From Haplodiscus bocki (lineage: Eukaryota), in NCBI GenBank assembly GCA_965655095.1, contig OZ296652.1, positions 66,650,001 to 66,714,000 of the forward strand: a stretch of 64,000 nucleotides of DNA. The letters are read 5' to 3'. Position numbers and translations under genes: made by a program. Shown here piece after piece: positions 34,801 to 48,899 of this stretch (position 1 is the stretch's first letter; each line of letters begins with the position of its first letter). The notes beneath the pieces are model-generated. The model was not told the DNA's origin. It saw only the letters and a list, made by a program, of their open reading frames with translations, and did not search any database.

Positions 34801-37800
34801 CTACGTTTCTTGATGAACTCGTAAGGTACGAAAAGTTTTGAACGCGATGATTTCCTCTAATTGAAATCCCCTTTCATGTAATTTTCATGTCGTAAAATTT
34901 TCAATAAAAACTTGCAGTGATATACCACTTTCACGTACTTAATATACAAGTTTGATGTACTTTCCGTAATCAGAAAAATTTCCAGAGAAACATATTCATG
35001 TCTTCCTAAACCCTTTGATGTGCAAACTCTTCTCAACAATTGTTTTCAGAAACAAAGGCTCTACAATTTTTTGCAGCAGCAAAGGTATTCGTACGATATT
35101 CTGAAATACTCTGGGACAACATGTTGTTGAAAACTTGAGGATTTGTTTTAAATTTCTTTGGCCTGCGAAACCTCCAATGGCATAAGCTCCCAGAAAATCC
35201 TGGTAGCAGGATCTGCACGAACTTCTTCGGCACCTGACCACAAAATTGTTCGACCTTCGTTATGTCAAAAGTGTTTCTAACAAACCGGTTGCAACCTCGG
35301 CTCTGTTCCAGTTTTTCTGGGCTGCCGAACTTGTGTATGGGAAAACCATGTCACAATAGGTAACCTATGCCCGATTTCCCCCCGTCCCATTGGGTTAGGT
35401 GGTACAATTTTTTTACAATTTTCTAAGTTTCGACAATTAGGACCTTCCAACTTTATTTTCAATTGCTTTATGTGCAGTATTATGGAATGGTACCAAAGAA
35501 ATAATTTCAAAATCGATTTTTTTCATTGTGTGGAAGATAATGCCTCATTTAATAAAATGAGCTACTCACCTAACCGATATGACCTAGCTGATTCTCGTTT
35601 GTTTTAGACTGCCATGAGATTCCTGCATGCTTTCAAATTGAAGAACATCTTCATCATGATGCAGCCGAAGGTGAAACCAGCAATATTACACATCTGTAAT
35701 CCTGAATGTCCGGACCATATACAGCGCAAGCACAATAATTTCACGGACCGCCCGGACAGATTGCACCTTTCTAATCGGTCTTACAAGGTCGATGGGTTGA
35801 AAAAAAGCAAGACAAGTTTTCATATCGCCATTCTCTAAAAACAACGGACAAGTGTGGGTCGCTGAATAAACAAATAATGAGAGCAAACAAAAGCAAAAGG
35901 AAAAAAGCAACAAGAGGTTCTCTCAGAAAATGATGTTAAAAACCCAATTTTTCTTCAATTTTGAATACGGTGCCCTGTATTGAAAGAAACATGATTGAAT
36001 TGAAGATTTCGTTATCGGTTGTCTTTTTATTGTCCGCGACTAAATCGATGCATTTCAAATTGTTATCAATCTTCCTTCTTAGCAAAGTTTAGTAGCTAGG
36101 AGCTTCCAAGTTGGGGCTTTGTCTTGTCCCGTCAAAGATCACGATCTTCAAAATTGTCATGAGCATTGATTTCAGATTCTGTGAGATCCTTTGAATTGAA
36201 TTCTCTGTTTTTGTTATTTTGCAGTAGCCTAAATCTGATTACTCGCTCGCTTCTACTTCAAAGCAAATTACGAAAAACCATCAGTTGATCTACGCCAAGA
36301 GATATAGAATGCATCTAAACCTGTACATGTGAGCTGTTTTCTGAGGTTTTTCTGAGATCATTGTCTGATTTCTCAAACTTCATCAGAGGGAGTATAGTTT
36401 TCGTATTCCTTAAGGAGTATGTTGTAATTTTTGCTATTGTTTTGCATGTGTCTGAATGGTGCAAATCAAGATTTCGACAGAGCGTTCAAAAAGTATTCAA
36501 CCCAATTGACTTTCTGCTGAAACATGCTTAAATTTTTCAGTTTCCATCTTAATAGATCTAAGGAAGTTTCTTACATTCTTTCTGACATGGTCAGCAGAGG
36601 TTTGAAAGTAAATGGGTTGCAGGATCACTTTCGTATTTTCGTCTGCCGTATACTTCCGGCACTCAAAATCTTTCCAACACTCGATTCCTCTTGATGTTGC
36701 CGAGGCAAATTACGGCATCGTTCTTTCAGCATCATTGTGACAGTTTTTAATGACAGACTGTTTCGGTCCGCTCCCTCGTTTATTTTCAATCCAAAATCTC
36801 TTGGGGTTTTGCGACCAAGCTGCACAATTGGCGAAGAAGTACTCGACAATGTTTCACAAACGTAGCAATGTAAATTTCGGTCGCGATCGCAAACGGCAAC
36901 CACAAAAAAAAACAAAGCTCTCACCGACAATTCGAGTTGATTAGGGAATCTCCAGCAAGATATGCAACGGCAATTAGTGTCAATGTTAAGTCTTTTTTTA
37001 GAGCAAGCTAAATTAACAGACTAGGTTTTCGTTCATTCTTGAATTTTGTTACTCGAAAGAATAGGCAAGTTGCTCAGATTAAATGTTGTAGGGTATATTG
37101 AAGAAAAGAGACCATTTTTTGTCCATTGGTAACTTTTGTCCTTCTCTTACAATAGGAAACACGTGGTGGCTCGCTCATCAATTTTCTAAAGAGCAAGTTC
37201 AACATTAGGGACCAGACTTTTCGTTCCTGGGCGATTTTTGATTTCTGAAATCACTCACGCGTGACATGCAGCGATAATTGCATTTTACATCATTGAGATA
37301 TCGATATTATAATGATATAAAAGAATTTCCTTACAAATAGCGCACGGCGTTTTTCGAGAAAGTGGCAAGATGACTTTCGGTGATGAGAATAAAGTGTGAC
37401 CCCACAGAGCGGATGGAGCATTACTGATTGATTCGTCAGGAACTTGTTAGCTGTTACTCGTTATTGACACTGAATCGTCCCCAGCAATTTGAACATGAGA
37501 ACGAAAGTTTCGTTGATGTGCAGTTTTTGTTCTTAACTACTCGGCTATTGTGCATCGTAAATTCATAAACATAAAAAAACAGATTTCGGCAAGTCTATGG
37601 TAATAAATGCATGCTAAAATTTTTACTTGCGTTTCTAACTTCCGTATATATCAGCGTTGCAAGCATTTCTAACTTAGCTGACATGATTTCCTGGAGAGCA
37701 ACGCAAAGCGGTAGACATGCTGTAATTTTTGTTTTTCTGAAGTTTGATGTCGATTGAGTATCAATTGCTCGTTATCTTTTTCTTTCAATCTTATGTGAGG

Positions 37801-40800
37801 TGCTCAAAGAACTTGAGACTCTGCATGATAATTTGTTCAGGGGTAAACAAGTCAACAGACAAATATTTCAATTCACATCACCAAGCCAGCGCCGATCTTT
37901 CAAACTCTGAAGGTGAGAAGGTTTTGATTGCTGCAATTGATCGCGTATTGAAGCGGTTGTATTGATGTGAATCAGAGAAAAGACTCGATTATTAAGGAAA
38001 TGCAAAAGGCCTACACAGCCAAAAATACTTTCTTTGAGGCGTTAAAGATGACAGTTGCAGAAATATCCAAGACTTCACCTGTACATCAAGTGGCGGAAGC
38101 AAAAAGCAGTAAAATGCTTGGAAAGAATAACAAAGAAGCAAAAGTCGCTTCTGACAAAGTGGTCTGGAGTTAGTGCCCTCCCGCTCAATAAAGCTGATGT
38201 CTGAGCCGCAAAAGGCATTAGAGTCACTGAAAAGCTGGAGAAATGGCCAAAAACGGTTTTCAAAGTTTCGTACGCGCAAAAGAACACTCCGGAATCACAT
38301 GCTGTGAAAGGGAAATTTTTCAGTAACGTGTAATGGAAACTATGCTGGAAACGTGAAAAGAAACTGGCAAATGTAGACTGGTAGTTGTAGAGACTACTTC
38401 AGTTGTGTCTGCTTTGCTCGGGAAGTCTCCAAATTGGGTTTTGATAAATCTTCCCATCAACAAACATCCATTGAAAATCTCTCATCAGTGACCTTTGTCC
38501 CGTTATAGTCGAAAAACTAGAACATCAACCAGTAGTGACTGAGACAGATTGTCCGGCCGACGCTACAAAAACACGTTATGGACCTCAATTGAAGGGGTAT
38601 ATTCTCACTGCCTAACAAAAAACCTGCAGCCAAAAATGAACAAGGTTGCGTAACCAAGGAAAAAAGGTTCGATGGCATCGGGTTCCTAGTATTACAATAT
38701 CGACGGAGTAAAACCACAAGCAATATGGAGCAGTGCTCGAAAGCCTCCGGCGAACGAGCCCACACGTGGCACCCTTTCCTCCATGAACAACCTAGAAGAA
38801 TTAACAACCTATAAGAGAGTTAACTACGCATTGTCCTTGGTAGAAGATTTGACTCTTCTGAGTGAATCAAAGATGATCGTTTCGGTGAAAAAACTTTCGC
38901 TATCACTCACTCCCACTGATTGCCCTACTGTGTAAACTTGATTTCAACAAGTGCGTTCTATATTATATGCAGCCTTTGTTGTCCTCTGCTCCGTTATTCT
39001 GTTAATATTATGGTGTTTCGTTAACCTTGCTTATCAATCCAGTTTTGTTTGATCCTCAACATGAAAAGAAGCTGGCTTTGTCGGCCCTCAAATCTCTGAC
39101 CCGATCATACGCTCATGCTTGCAAAAGTTTCCACAATCTCAGTTGATTTCATCCAAGATCTTGGCAAATTGTACTTTTGTAGGAAACAAGTTGTTTTGCA
39201 CATTTTATGCAGAAATTGTTGAACCAAAAATCGAAGTTCCTTCCGCCAAATTAGATGCCTGAGATTTGGGAGTCGGGACAGTCGGATTTCAATCAACGAA
39301 TATCAATCAAAGCAACGTTGTTCCTCAGCTGGTTCTGCCGACACAACCAGCCAACCAATATCGTGTAGAGAGGGTTACGGTAAACGAGATCATGGAAGAT
39401 TCTTCGCCTGTCGCATTTCCAACTTCCTTAGGCCCTTGTTTTTATTCTGATGCTCTGATTCTAATTTTGTTTTAATGCATAAACTTTGCATCAACGTTAT
39501 ATTGAATTCTCTGCAGAAATTCATATTGTTATTAAAAAACAACGGTGTCTGAAAGCAACAAACTCATCATAGTTCTGTTTAAAGCTTTGAGCCAACTGGA
39601 AACTTTCTGTTCCTGGAAACTCTGTGTGAAAGGGGTTTCAACATCTGCGGTTGGTTTCCTACTCATATTGGTGGAGCCAATCTTGGAATTAGCTCCATAA
39701 AATGTCATTCCCAGTTCCGTCTGGAGAAGTACCTTTTTCCGAGTATCAAACGATTTGTCGGGCAGTTAAAGTCTCGACAAAAGGACTGTTATTTTGTCAC
39801 CATTCGTTGAGCAACAGTTACAGTTATGTTTTTGACTTGAAAAGGTGTTATGAATTTCTCTCCAGAGCAGGCTGAATGGAACTGTGTTGACGAGAAAAGC
39901 CTACTGCCAAGAATATGTTGATGCTGTGATCAATGAAGGCTGTGCTGTAGACTTGGAAAAGGCTGATGAATCATATTCCATGGAGAGCAACAGAAAAGCA
40001 GACTACAGAGTTTGCTCGCACAAATGCACGATTCCAGAAAACATTACCCCTTTTTCATTGTTCAATGAAACTTCAACAACAAAACTTTTCCACGAAACCT
40101 GAACGATTGGCCCCAGTTTCAGACGATTGGGTTGAAAAATACGAACTAAGAAGCTGAAACGTTTCCGTGTTATTTCTCCTCAGGGAGGAACACTTTATTG
40201 AAAACTGGTCCGGTCGAGTTAGAGTCATCAGTATTTTACTCAACGTACATTGAAGGTACGCTCATTTCAGTGTAGATACTGGTTATCTTTCCGCTGCAGA
40301 ACAAAGAGGGGAGCGAGAATAACTTGAACACAAGTGTGACAATTTTCCAGAACGGTAAAACTTACAGGCACAAAGATGGGACTGTCAGAGTGGGTCACTT
40401 AGATGTTCAGAGCGTTTTCCGCAGAAAAAACGAGGTACTTGGCAATACAGAATAATCAGGTCCGACATTGTGGCCGAACCCAACCGATTAGGCTCTTTCC
40501 TCTGCTCATAATAGACGGCCTGGAGCGCCAATTAGCATTCTGAAATCGTCGTTTCATTGAGTTGCTATATTTCTTGATCCTAGCAAAAATATCGACCGGG
40601 AAAACATGCTGATCGATGATTTAACTCCCGATGAATTCCTTCAACAGTATCTTCTACAAAAAGCAGATCTTTTGAAGAAGTACATCGTTTGAGTAACAAC
40701 GGTCTTCAACCAACGGGTGAAAATGTTCATCAAGCTGATTGTCATGACCAAAAAAACTACACAGGGTTAGGCTTTTCGCTTATAGCATCGAAAAGCAGTT

Positions 40801-42849
40801 GCGTGGCATGGCTCGTTTATGATTGCATCTGGCTGGAGACATGGTTTCTTCAACTGTTCACGAAGGATGAAAAGTTTTCAGACGAATTACTTTCCCTTGT
40901 TGTTGACAAGATGTTTACTAGCGCGCTTCGACCACTGCATGACCCTCTTCATCAACAAGTGGTACAGGCTCGAAATCATGATCACACCAAAACTTGCGCC
41001 AAGAAACTGGAGGTTCTAGGTTCAATTATCAATGTTTGCTCTCTCTATCTGAAAAAAATCTGATTCCAGGTGCTGCCAACGCCTCCGAAGAAACTTCTTA
41101 AGGGTTTGAAAATACTTGACAAAGCGAGACGTCTCTTTGAAACAACGTCACCAATGGATTACCAACAATTCTTCGATTTGCTATATGTGACAACGGTAGA
41201 GTAACACTCAGAGTTGTTCGTTTCACAGCGTGATAAAAATGGTTGGGACATGAAAATGATTCAACAGTAACTACAACAGGATGTGGCACCAAAACTGGGA
41301 TACGAAGGTTGAATCAAAGCAATGTTGCAACATGTATGCTGTTGTAGCGTTTAGTTGTGATTATTACGCAGAAAACGAAAGTGGAATGACCAACCTTTTA
41401 GGGGAGAGTATCAGAATCCAAAAAATATAGCTGAGGGCAACGAGACATCGTCAAAAGAATTAAAAACTTGTACCTTAGTCATCGTCAAATAAGCGCATGT
41501 GAAGCCCCTCACAAGATGTTGCCTCAACTTCATCTTCAAGAATCCAGCAGTTCCTCTACACTTCTCTCCACTGGGTTCCCAGAGAACAGATATGCGTTCC
41601 TGAACTACGTTGATCAGAAAAGAATGATCTTTCGTGAGCAAGAATTTGTTGAAGTTGAAGGCCCAGGTGGCCTTTTTTATGGAAAAAAAAACATACATCA
41701 GCGATACACCAGACATTCGGATCGCCTTGAAAATTTCTCTTAGGTAGATTTGCAACAAGGTATTAAACATTCCGATTGTGAGTCAAAATGCCTGGTCTCA
41801 AAGAAAGCACATCGTTCTGAGGTTTCGCGGCAATGAGGAGGAGAGGAAAGCGTGTCCTGAGGTTATACGATTCACACCGTAAAGGAAAAAAGCACGAGTT
41901 TTAATACAGCGAAGACTTGCTCCATTACCCGTAGAGAGAAGAAACAAACGACCCTCATCGTTAGCCAGCCGAGTCTTGCATGAAACTTTTGATCGCATCA
42001 AAAGCCATTGTTGACCATACAAAGCGAACGATCTTCGCTTTTGTGCAATCAGAAGCGTCCATAGACAATTGTCAGAATTGATGTCTCCATATCTCGAACT
42101 CTCCACATAACCGAAATATTAGATGCAAGGGGCCTACGAGAAGACAATGATGATTCTTTCGATGACGATGAAGTATAGTACAACGAAAGACATGCTGGTT
42201 TTCAGCTTGAATTCAACTGAACCCCAAAAATCACACTTACTCGACTGGAACTGCAAAGCAAGACCCAAGTTGAACAAAGACCTCTCGATTGACAAGAAGG
42301 CAGAGTCTTTGACATTGTCGCCAATTTGGTACACGATTCATCGCGCAAGAACTAAGTCTGCCCATTTTATACAAAGGGGAAAGGTAGAGCAGCTGAAACA
42401 AGAGTATTGAATTCAGTCATGAGTTTTGCTCTGTAGGAGTTCCAACAAACTTGTTGCCGGCTCGAAAACCCAATACATGGGTCGCTGCTCCAACGGTAGT
42501 GACTGCCTCTCTTGTGAATGGCATCACAGTACATTCTACCTTCAAGTTGAGCTTTGGCGATGAAATCAAAACCCTGAGTGAGACTACCACTGAAAAACAT
42601 CGGTCATTGGTTAAAAAACTTGCATTTTCGTTAATTGAGAAGAGCATGATACAATCTGATCTGCTCTTCCAATATCACCAACAACTCCAGCCAATTAAAA
42701 AAACAGCCTGATGTTCGAAGGAGTCGCAGTTATTTCAATTTCCGCGGGAAAAAAATTTCAATAGAAAAACAATCAGTTCGGTAGTGGGCTTTATTCTTTA
42801 TACTGATACTACCGATGACGCGCAGAACCGTTTGGAGAACAGTTGGTGC

Positions 42850-42930
42850 CTTATCTATTACATAAGAGTGGTGTGTCACCCCGGTTGAAGAGCCAGAGCT
42901 GGTGAGTTCAAGCCCCGCTGTTGGCCATAA
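42850..42930 (+). repeat. Possible tRNA-derived SINE head
   Basis: B-box-like GAGTTCAAGCC followed by ...GGCCA at the start of the insertion that splits the helicase. Confidence 0.3.
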
Positions 42931-43399
42931 ATTCTTCAAAATTCAAGACAGTCACCAACACAATCTTCTTATTGAGTAGAAAAAATAGCGTTTTTACGAC
43001 AAAATTTGAGGTTTTTGATTAAGGAGCTACTATGTTCTCCAAAATTTTTCCGTTTTCTAATGCTAAAGAAACAAATCGTCATTTGAGAAGTTTTCGAAAA
43101 GAGGTTATATTTTCAATCTTCCAAAAGAAACTGAGAAAAACAGAAAAGCTTATGTATATGTGTAAAAAATATTTCTAGATGTTACTAATTGAAATTTCTT
43201 TCAGTTTTTCTTCACTACCTTAGTTTCTCCATGGTCAGTCGTTACATTTTTTTTGAAACATTCTTTTACCTGAACATATCGTTCTGTGATCTTCACATTG
43301 ATCGAATACCAAGAAACGCAATTAGTACTGAACTTCCTTGATGTTGCATTTCATTTTTTCCAAAACACACGAAGCACAGTTCTTTTATAAAGCTCTCAA

Positions 43400-45780
43400 C
43401 TGGAAGCTTTTGACTTGTACGAGAGAATTCAATTTAAAAACCGGAGGTTTTTGGTTTGTTTCACAATCCAAAAGTCCAAAAAGTGCTATCATTATTGATA
43501 TATCTCGACATTCAAATTCAATTTTCTCAGCAACCATAGGTTTATATTTAACCGTCAGGGGCTCTATCGGAAACTTCACACTTGTGGAAGATGATTTAAT
43601 TCAAAATTCATTTGTTTTGACCATTGTGTGATGTTTTTGATCGTCCGAAATTTTCGAAAAAAAATTTGGACTTAGATCAACTTCCGTAATCATACATCTC
43701 CGTTACAAAAGGCTCAAAGTATTTCAACCAAGTCTCAATTGAATACCCTACACACGTACAGGAAAATTCGACCCAGAAACCGTTATTATTCCTTGCATCA
43801 GAATCCCGATGATCTGGAAGTTCCAAAAAGTGCTAAGGATCTTGATTCATCTTCTCATTCAAACTGGTATTCCTCCTTAAGTTTAATTTCTGTAAAAAAG
43901 GTCTCGATGAAAAAACTTACACTTGTATAGGAGCATTCGATATAAAATCAATGATTTTGATCCAAGCATCAAAATCTTGATTTCGAAGATTCCAATAAGT
44001 TCTCTTAGTAAAGATTTATCCTGATATTCAAACTCATTTTTCTCCGTAACTGACATTTTGACTTCTTCAACCAGAATCCGCAACAAAAACTTTCAACTTG
44101 TGGCAAACAAACTGATTGAGAAGTTGCGAATCTTTCCATTGCATTCCAAAAGCTCCAAGAATTCCAAATAATGCTATTTTTTACTCATTCAATCATGCGG
44201 ATTACGGAACTTGTCTCTCCGTAACCACAGGTTAGATTGTTTCCATCAATGTCTCAGTCGGAAAAATTACACTTAAAGAGTAGGATTCGATGTGAAATTC
44301 ATCTTGTTCCACGCCACAAATTCCGGACAAACCCAAAAGTCAAAAAGTGCTTTTAATATCGATTCATTTCGATTGTCGAACTCAATTTTTCTGTAACGAT
44401 AGGCTTGTTTTCATCGAACGCTTTACACTTGTGCTGGAGTTTCCAAGTGAAAGATTGCTCGCTGTGATCCTTGCCTCAGGATTTTGATAGTCCGAACAAT
44501 CCAAAAAAGCTAATAAACTTCTTTATTATCAATATTCAAACTAATAATTCTCCGTAACTACAAACATGACTCCATCCGCCAAGGTTTCAATCAAATAATT
44601 CAAACTGGTGGAGGACAAATCGATTCCGAAGCTATTGACTGTGTTCCATGGGTAACCCTTCTGATAGTCTCAATTTTCAAAAACGAGCTAAATTTGATTC
44701 ATCATAAACTAAACTTTCTTCTCCGTAACCAGGAGCCTACTTTCTTCCATCAAGATCTCAACGGACAGAGCTTCAGTCGTCGAGGATTTTCGGTTCTAAA
44801 AAGCATTGATTATGTACCTTTATTTGGAAATTGAAAAGGCCAAAGAACTATTTTGAGAGTTTCTCTACATTCCAACTCATAGTTCTCAACGAGAACAGAC
44901 TTGATTTCTCGCTCCAAAATCTCATGTAAAGCTTTCTTTTCTTTCTTGACTATTCAGTTTGAAATTGTTTTTTGCGCCGGAATCCTGATAGTCGGATAAT
45001 GCCAAAATGACGTTATTATTGACAAATCTCTAAAATGCAAATAATATTTCTTCATAACCAGAGGATTGATTTCCTCCAACAGGTTCGCAATTGAAAAGTT
45101 TTTTTTTCGAGGGACTATTAGGCTGAAAAAAAGACCAATTCAATTTCTGTATTGGAATATTGATAGTCCAAAATTGTCAGGGATGTTTTCAACATGGACT
45201 CATCTCGATTCTCAAACTCGAGTTTCTCCAAAAAAACTGAAGTAAGTTGTTCCTTCAAGGTCTCAATCAAACCATCGAATATTCGATCGAAAGTTTTGAT
45301 TTTATTCCTTGTAGTGGAATTCTGATGGAACAGCTACGACAAAAAGTTCTGTTTGTGCTGACATGCGTTGATACTCACAGTCATTGTTCTTCAACCTGCT
45401 TCATTTTTCCATCAAGGTCTCAATAGATAGCTTTGTTATTGCAAACTAGTCGTTTCTAAAGGTCATGGAATTCGTTCGTCACGATGTATTTGGAATCCTG
45501 AATGGCGAAAAGTGGTAAAAGTGCTATTAATTTTGAGGTATCTAGATATTCCAACCCGTTCATCTCGGAAACCACAGCTTTGAATTACTCCATCAAGATC
45601 GCAATTACCGGTGATATAGTTTAAAATGATCCTTAGATGGTCGAGAAGCTGAACATGCGAGAAGGACTAATTGATTGTCTTACTTTGCCGATTCCCAAAC
45701 TCATAATTCTCTAAGGCTATCGGCTTGAATTCCTCCAACAAGGTTTCCATCGAAGATTTTTTTGGGTTACTCATTGGGTA
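43400..45780. repeat. Diverged tandem array, about 14 units of ~170 bp
   Basis: CTCCGTAACC-like core near 43527, 43684, 44042, 44218, 44391, 44551, 44722, 44885, 45051, 45225, 45563, 45709, with recurring ATTCAAACTCA and CATCAAGGTCTCAAT variants. Confidence 0.75.
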
Positions 45781-48700
45781 ACTCTTGTATGTTCCATCAA
45801 TTTTTTCAAGCGCCATATTGACGGAAAACACCGCAGTGCGACTGCGCCTGTTTGGCGATTCGCTCCAATTCAAAACGGTACGCAGTCAATTTGTTTCCCA
45901 GATACCGAAAAACCCCAAATATGCTGGCTAACTCCATTTCTGCAAGTTAGAGGAACAATTTCAACCTGTTGTTCTGCAGCATAATAACCAATTTTTTTTT
46001 GCAAATTTTCTCGTTCATGATTTGAAACCCTCTGCGTTGAGCTGTTGTTTGCATATTTTTTTTTGTTTATTGGATCTTCCGCATTTTTTATTGGCAAGTG
46101 AACGACGTTTTGTGGTTCTTCGACCTGTGCGATTTGCTGAGATTACAGACAAGAAAAATTCGCTTCTAGAGGAAAATATCTGCGCAAATGCACGACGATT
46201 CTATGAAAATCACTTTTACATCAAAGATCGTGATGCTGACCATCAAACCATCTCCATGCGCGGTCCAAAGATGGAACCAAAGCTGTACAATCATGTTCTC
46301 TTGGTAAGGAAAGTCTTATTGAAACACGTAATTCACCTACATACACTCGAAACGATACGATCAAAACATGACAAAAAATCAATGAAAAGCGTTCAGTATT
46401 CCGAGCAGCCAAAACCGTTGATCATTTCACGGTGTCTCAAGCGAAAATAACGAACTGAGCCGAGTCAATGAAACAACGTTCAGCAAATGTTTTAACATCA
46501 AAAAAGCAGAACGAGTGACGCTTATGCACAGTGTTCACGTGTGTGACTGCGTAACAAATGGACAACTAGGCACAGTCACCGGAGCTATCATCATCAGCAG
46601 CAGCGACATGGAAGCCATATTCGTTCGCTCCGACAATGCCAACGTTGGAATTCAACAACTGCTGAAGAACGCAAACTTCTCTTCAACGTTCCCTCGTTCT
46701 TCAGAGAGAAAAATCATTTACAACCTGGCTGGGTCTGAGCATTCAGCTAGAGCAACATTCATCCAATTCCCTCATCAGTTGCCTCGGTCAAAAACTTGCC
46801 ATTAAATACAAGAACAAACCATCATCAATTGCGATAAGGGATTGCCAGCCGGCATGGCTGATGTAATGCTGAGCTGTTCTAGATGTCTTAGGAATATTTG
46901 AATGAGAGGGCCTTGTGATGCAAAAAAAAATTAGATATTCAGTTCATTCAAAACTGACTAGCGAACAACTTGAAAATTGGACGACATAAAAAACCAAAGA
47001 TCTGTGAGTCAATTTCTGATATTACCTGGGCATTTTTGTCAATAATCAATGCCTGCAAAGCAAAATTCATGATGACTTGTCGCATACCAATCATCTTATA
47101 TCCAACATGCCCATTTTGACTGAAGCGTGGTGGCAATCAATTTGGCCGGAGCCTTTGCTGGAGCTAGTCTTTAACAGAGGATACCATAGAAACGGTGGAA
47201 AAGGACTTGAAGTGACTTTCATTTGACCAGGTTTCGAAAGCGAAGGTTTCAGGAACAGTCATGTCTAAGACGATTACAATAAAAAATCATCTTTAGTCAT
47301 ATCTATCGGAAACCTAGAAGAGCTTCAGTGATCTGGACGCTTTTATCAAACGGTGTAACTCAAGACGTTAAATAATAAAAGACGACTTCAATATGTCAAA
47401 GACTTTGTAACTTCCTCAAAGAGTAAGAATTCCAGCAATTGGTGTTATGCAACACACATGGCAGACGAAATCGTTTGGATTTGAGTTTGGTGCCGCAATG
47501 CCAAGTTCGGCCACCATCTCGTTTATCTTTCCGATCACGGTTGTATTGAGTTCTGAAGTTTGAGAATGTTGTAGCTCTATTAGATCTGCTGAAACTTGAA
47601 CGATTGACCATGAAAAATCATTTTGAAGCAGTTCAATTGTTTCGGTCTGTCGTTTATGTGTCCGTACATGAAAAACCCCAAATGAACCGCTTTATATCTC
47701 CATTGAATGTTGTGACCTGCCTGATCGCGCACCTGTCACTGGAATTTCCGCCTATAAGGATGCTTCGAATTTAGTGATTTGTCTTCGCCGAAAGCTAGTT
47801 TTCGTTTTATTTCTTAGCCGAGCCTAGATTATCTCTTTATTGGGCAACTGGTTCCTGAATTTTTTTCCAGTTGAAATGTCCGTGTACAAATTCGTCCTGA
47901 CTTCCGGCTCCATGGTTGAGTTTACATCTTTGCTGTCCACTGAGATTTTTGTACTCAACAGAGCTCGAAAAGACGACAAGAAAATCACACAGCACCCCAG
48001 ACAAGTTCGAAAGTCACAGCTAGACCGAAGTAAATTTCTAATCGGAGGAAATACCCTGATCACTTGGCTGGGAAAAGAAGCGCGAAGGACTAATCACGTT
48101 ATCAAATAATGTTTTTGATTGCTGACATGCAACTTCAATTCCACAGAACTGAAATTTGATTACAGACCATCCACCGGTTGGTTCAAGAATTTCAAAAAAC
48201 GTAACCACTCGGATGCTGCCTCCGTGTTATTTTTCAGTTAAATTGTTGAAACCTTGAAGGATTTCATCTAAAAAAAGGCAGTTGAAATTGTGAAACGCGA
48301 ATGTTTCACTCCTCTAGATTTCATTTTCTGTGACAATTCTTGTAGAAAATAAGATTACCGTTTGAGTCGTTGGCAATTCGAGAAAATGAAAATACTCGTT
48401 TTCAATCTTATTAGCTGGTAAGTCATCAAATGATAACTTTGATACCCCATTTCAACGAATTCGAATCATTTTTCGATGAGAATAGTGTAAGTTTTTTTTT
48501 ACAATTGACTCAGCTTTAATAGTAAACACTTCTCTGATCCGTGAAAGTTTTCCTTTTCTCAGCAGCCAAGGGCGTACTTAGTGAGCCACTAAAGATTTTT
48601 TGGTAAAGCTGCAATTTTGAAAAATATCATGAAACCCCGTGACTGCTTTTCCCAAATTTTCGCGCACGACAGATAGATAGCACCAACTTTGAAGTGTTGT

Positions 48701-48899
48701 TAATCACAAGCACCAAATAAAAATAGCTCTGATTTTTGTAAACGCTGTTCTATCAGTATCATGGTAGAGGTAAAATTACCCAGGAACAGTGTCAAAAACA
48801 AAACTTATATTGGGCCGTCAAAAATCACTCAGAGAGACTGCTTTCTCATATTTGCAAAAGAAACAAGTTAAGGGCTAAAATTACTTGCTTGAACTTCTT

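Larger units (their letters stand above)
39850..47600 (+). mobile_element. Highly decayed Helentron (Helitron2-type Rep + PIF1 helicase + AP endonuclease), interrupted by an insertion at ~42750-46000
   Basis: HQYFTQR, RGTWQY, NHDHTKTC, RQISACEA (Rep region); AAPTVVTASLVNGITVHS, IEKSMI, NGQLGTV, QFPH-L, AGMADVMLS (PIF1); ILTEAW, DDFN, ATH...RLDL (APE). Confidence 0.8.

Noticed and set aside
35950-36950. Possible second LINE ORF1 relic
   Set aside because: Only faint Cys and RRM-like hints; too degraded to support
43400-45780. CRISPR-like array
   Set aside because: Eukaryotic context; whole units are homologous and diverged, with no constant repeat plus unique spacer structure and no cas genes
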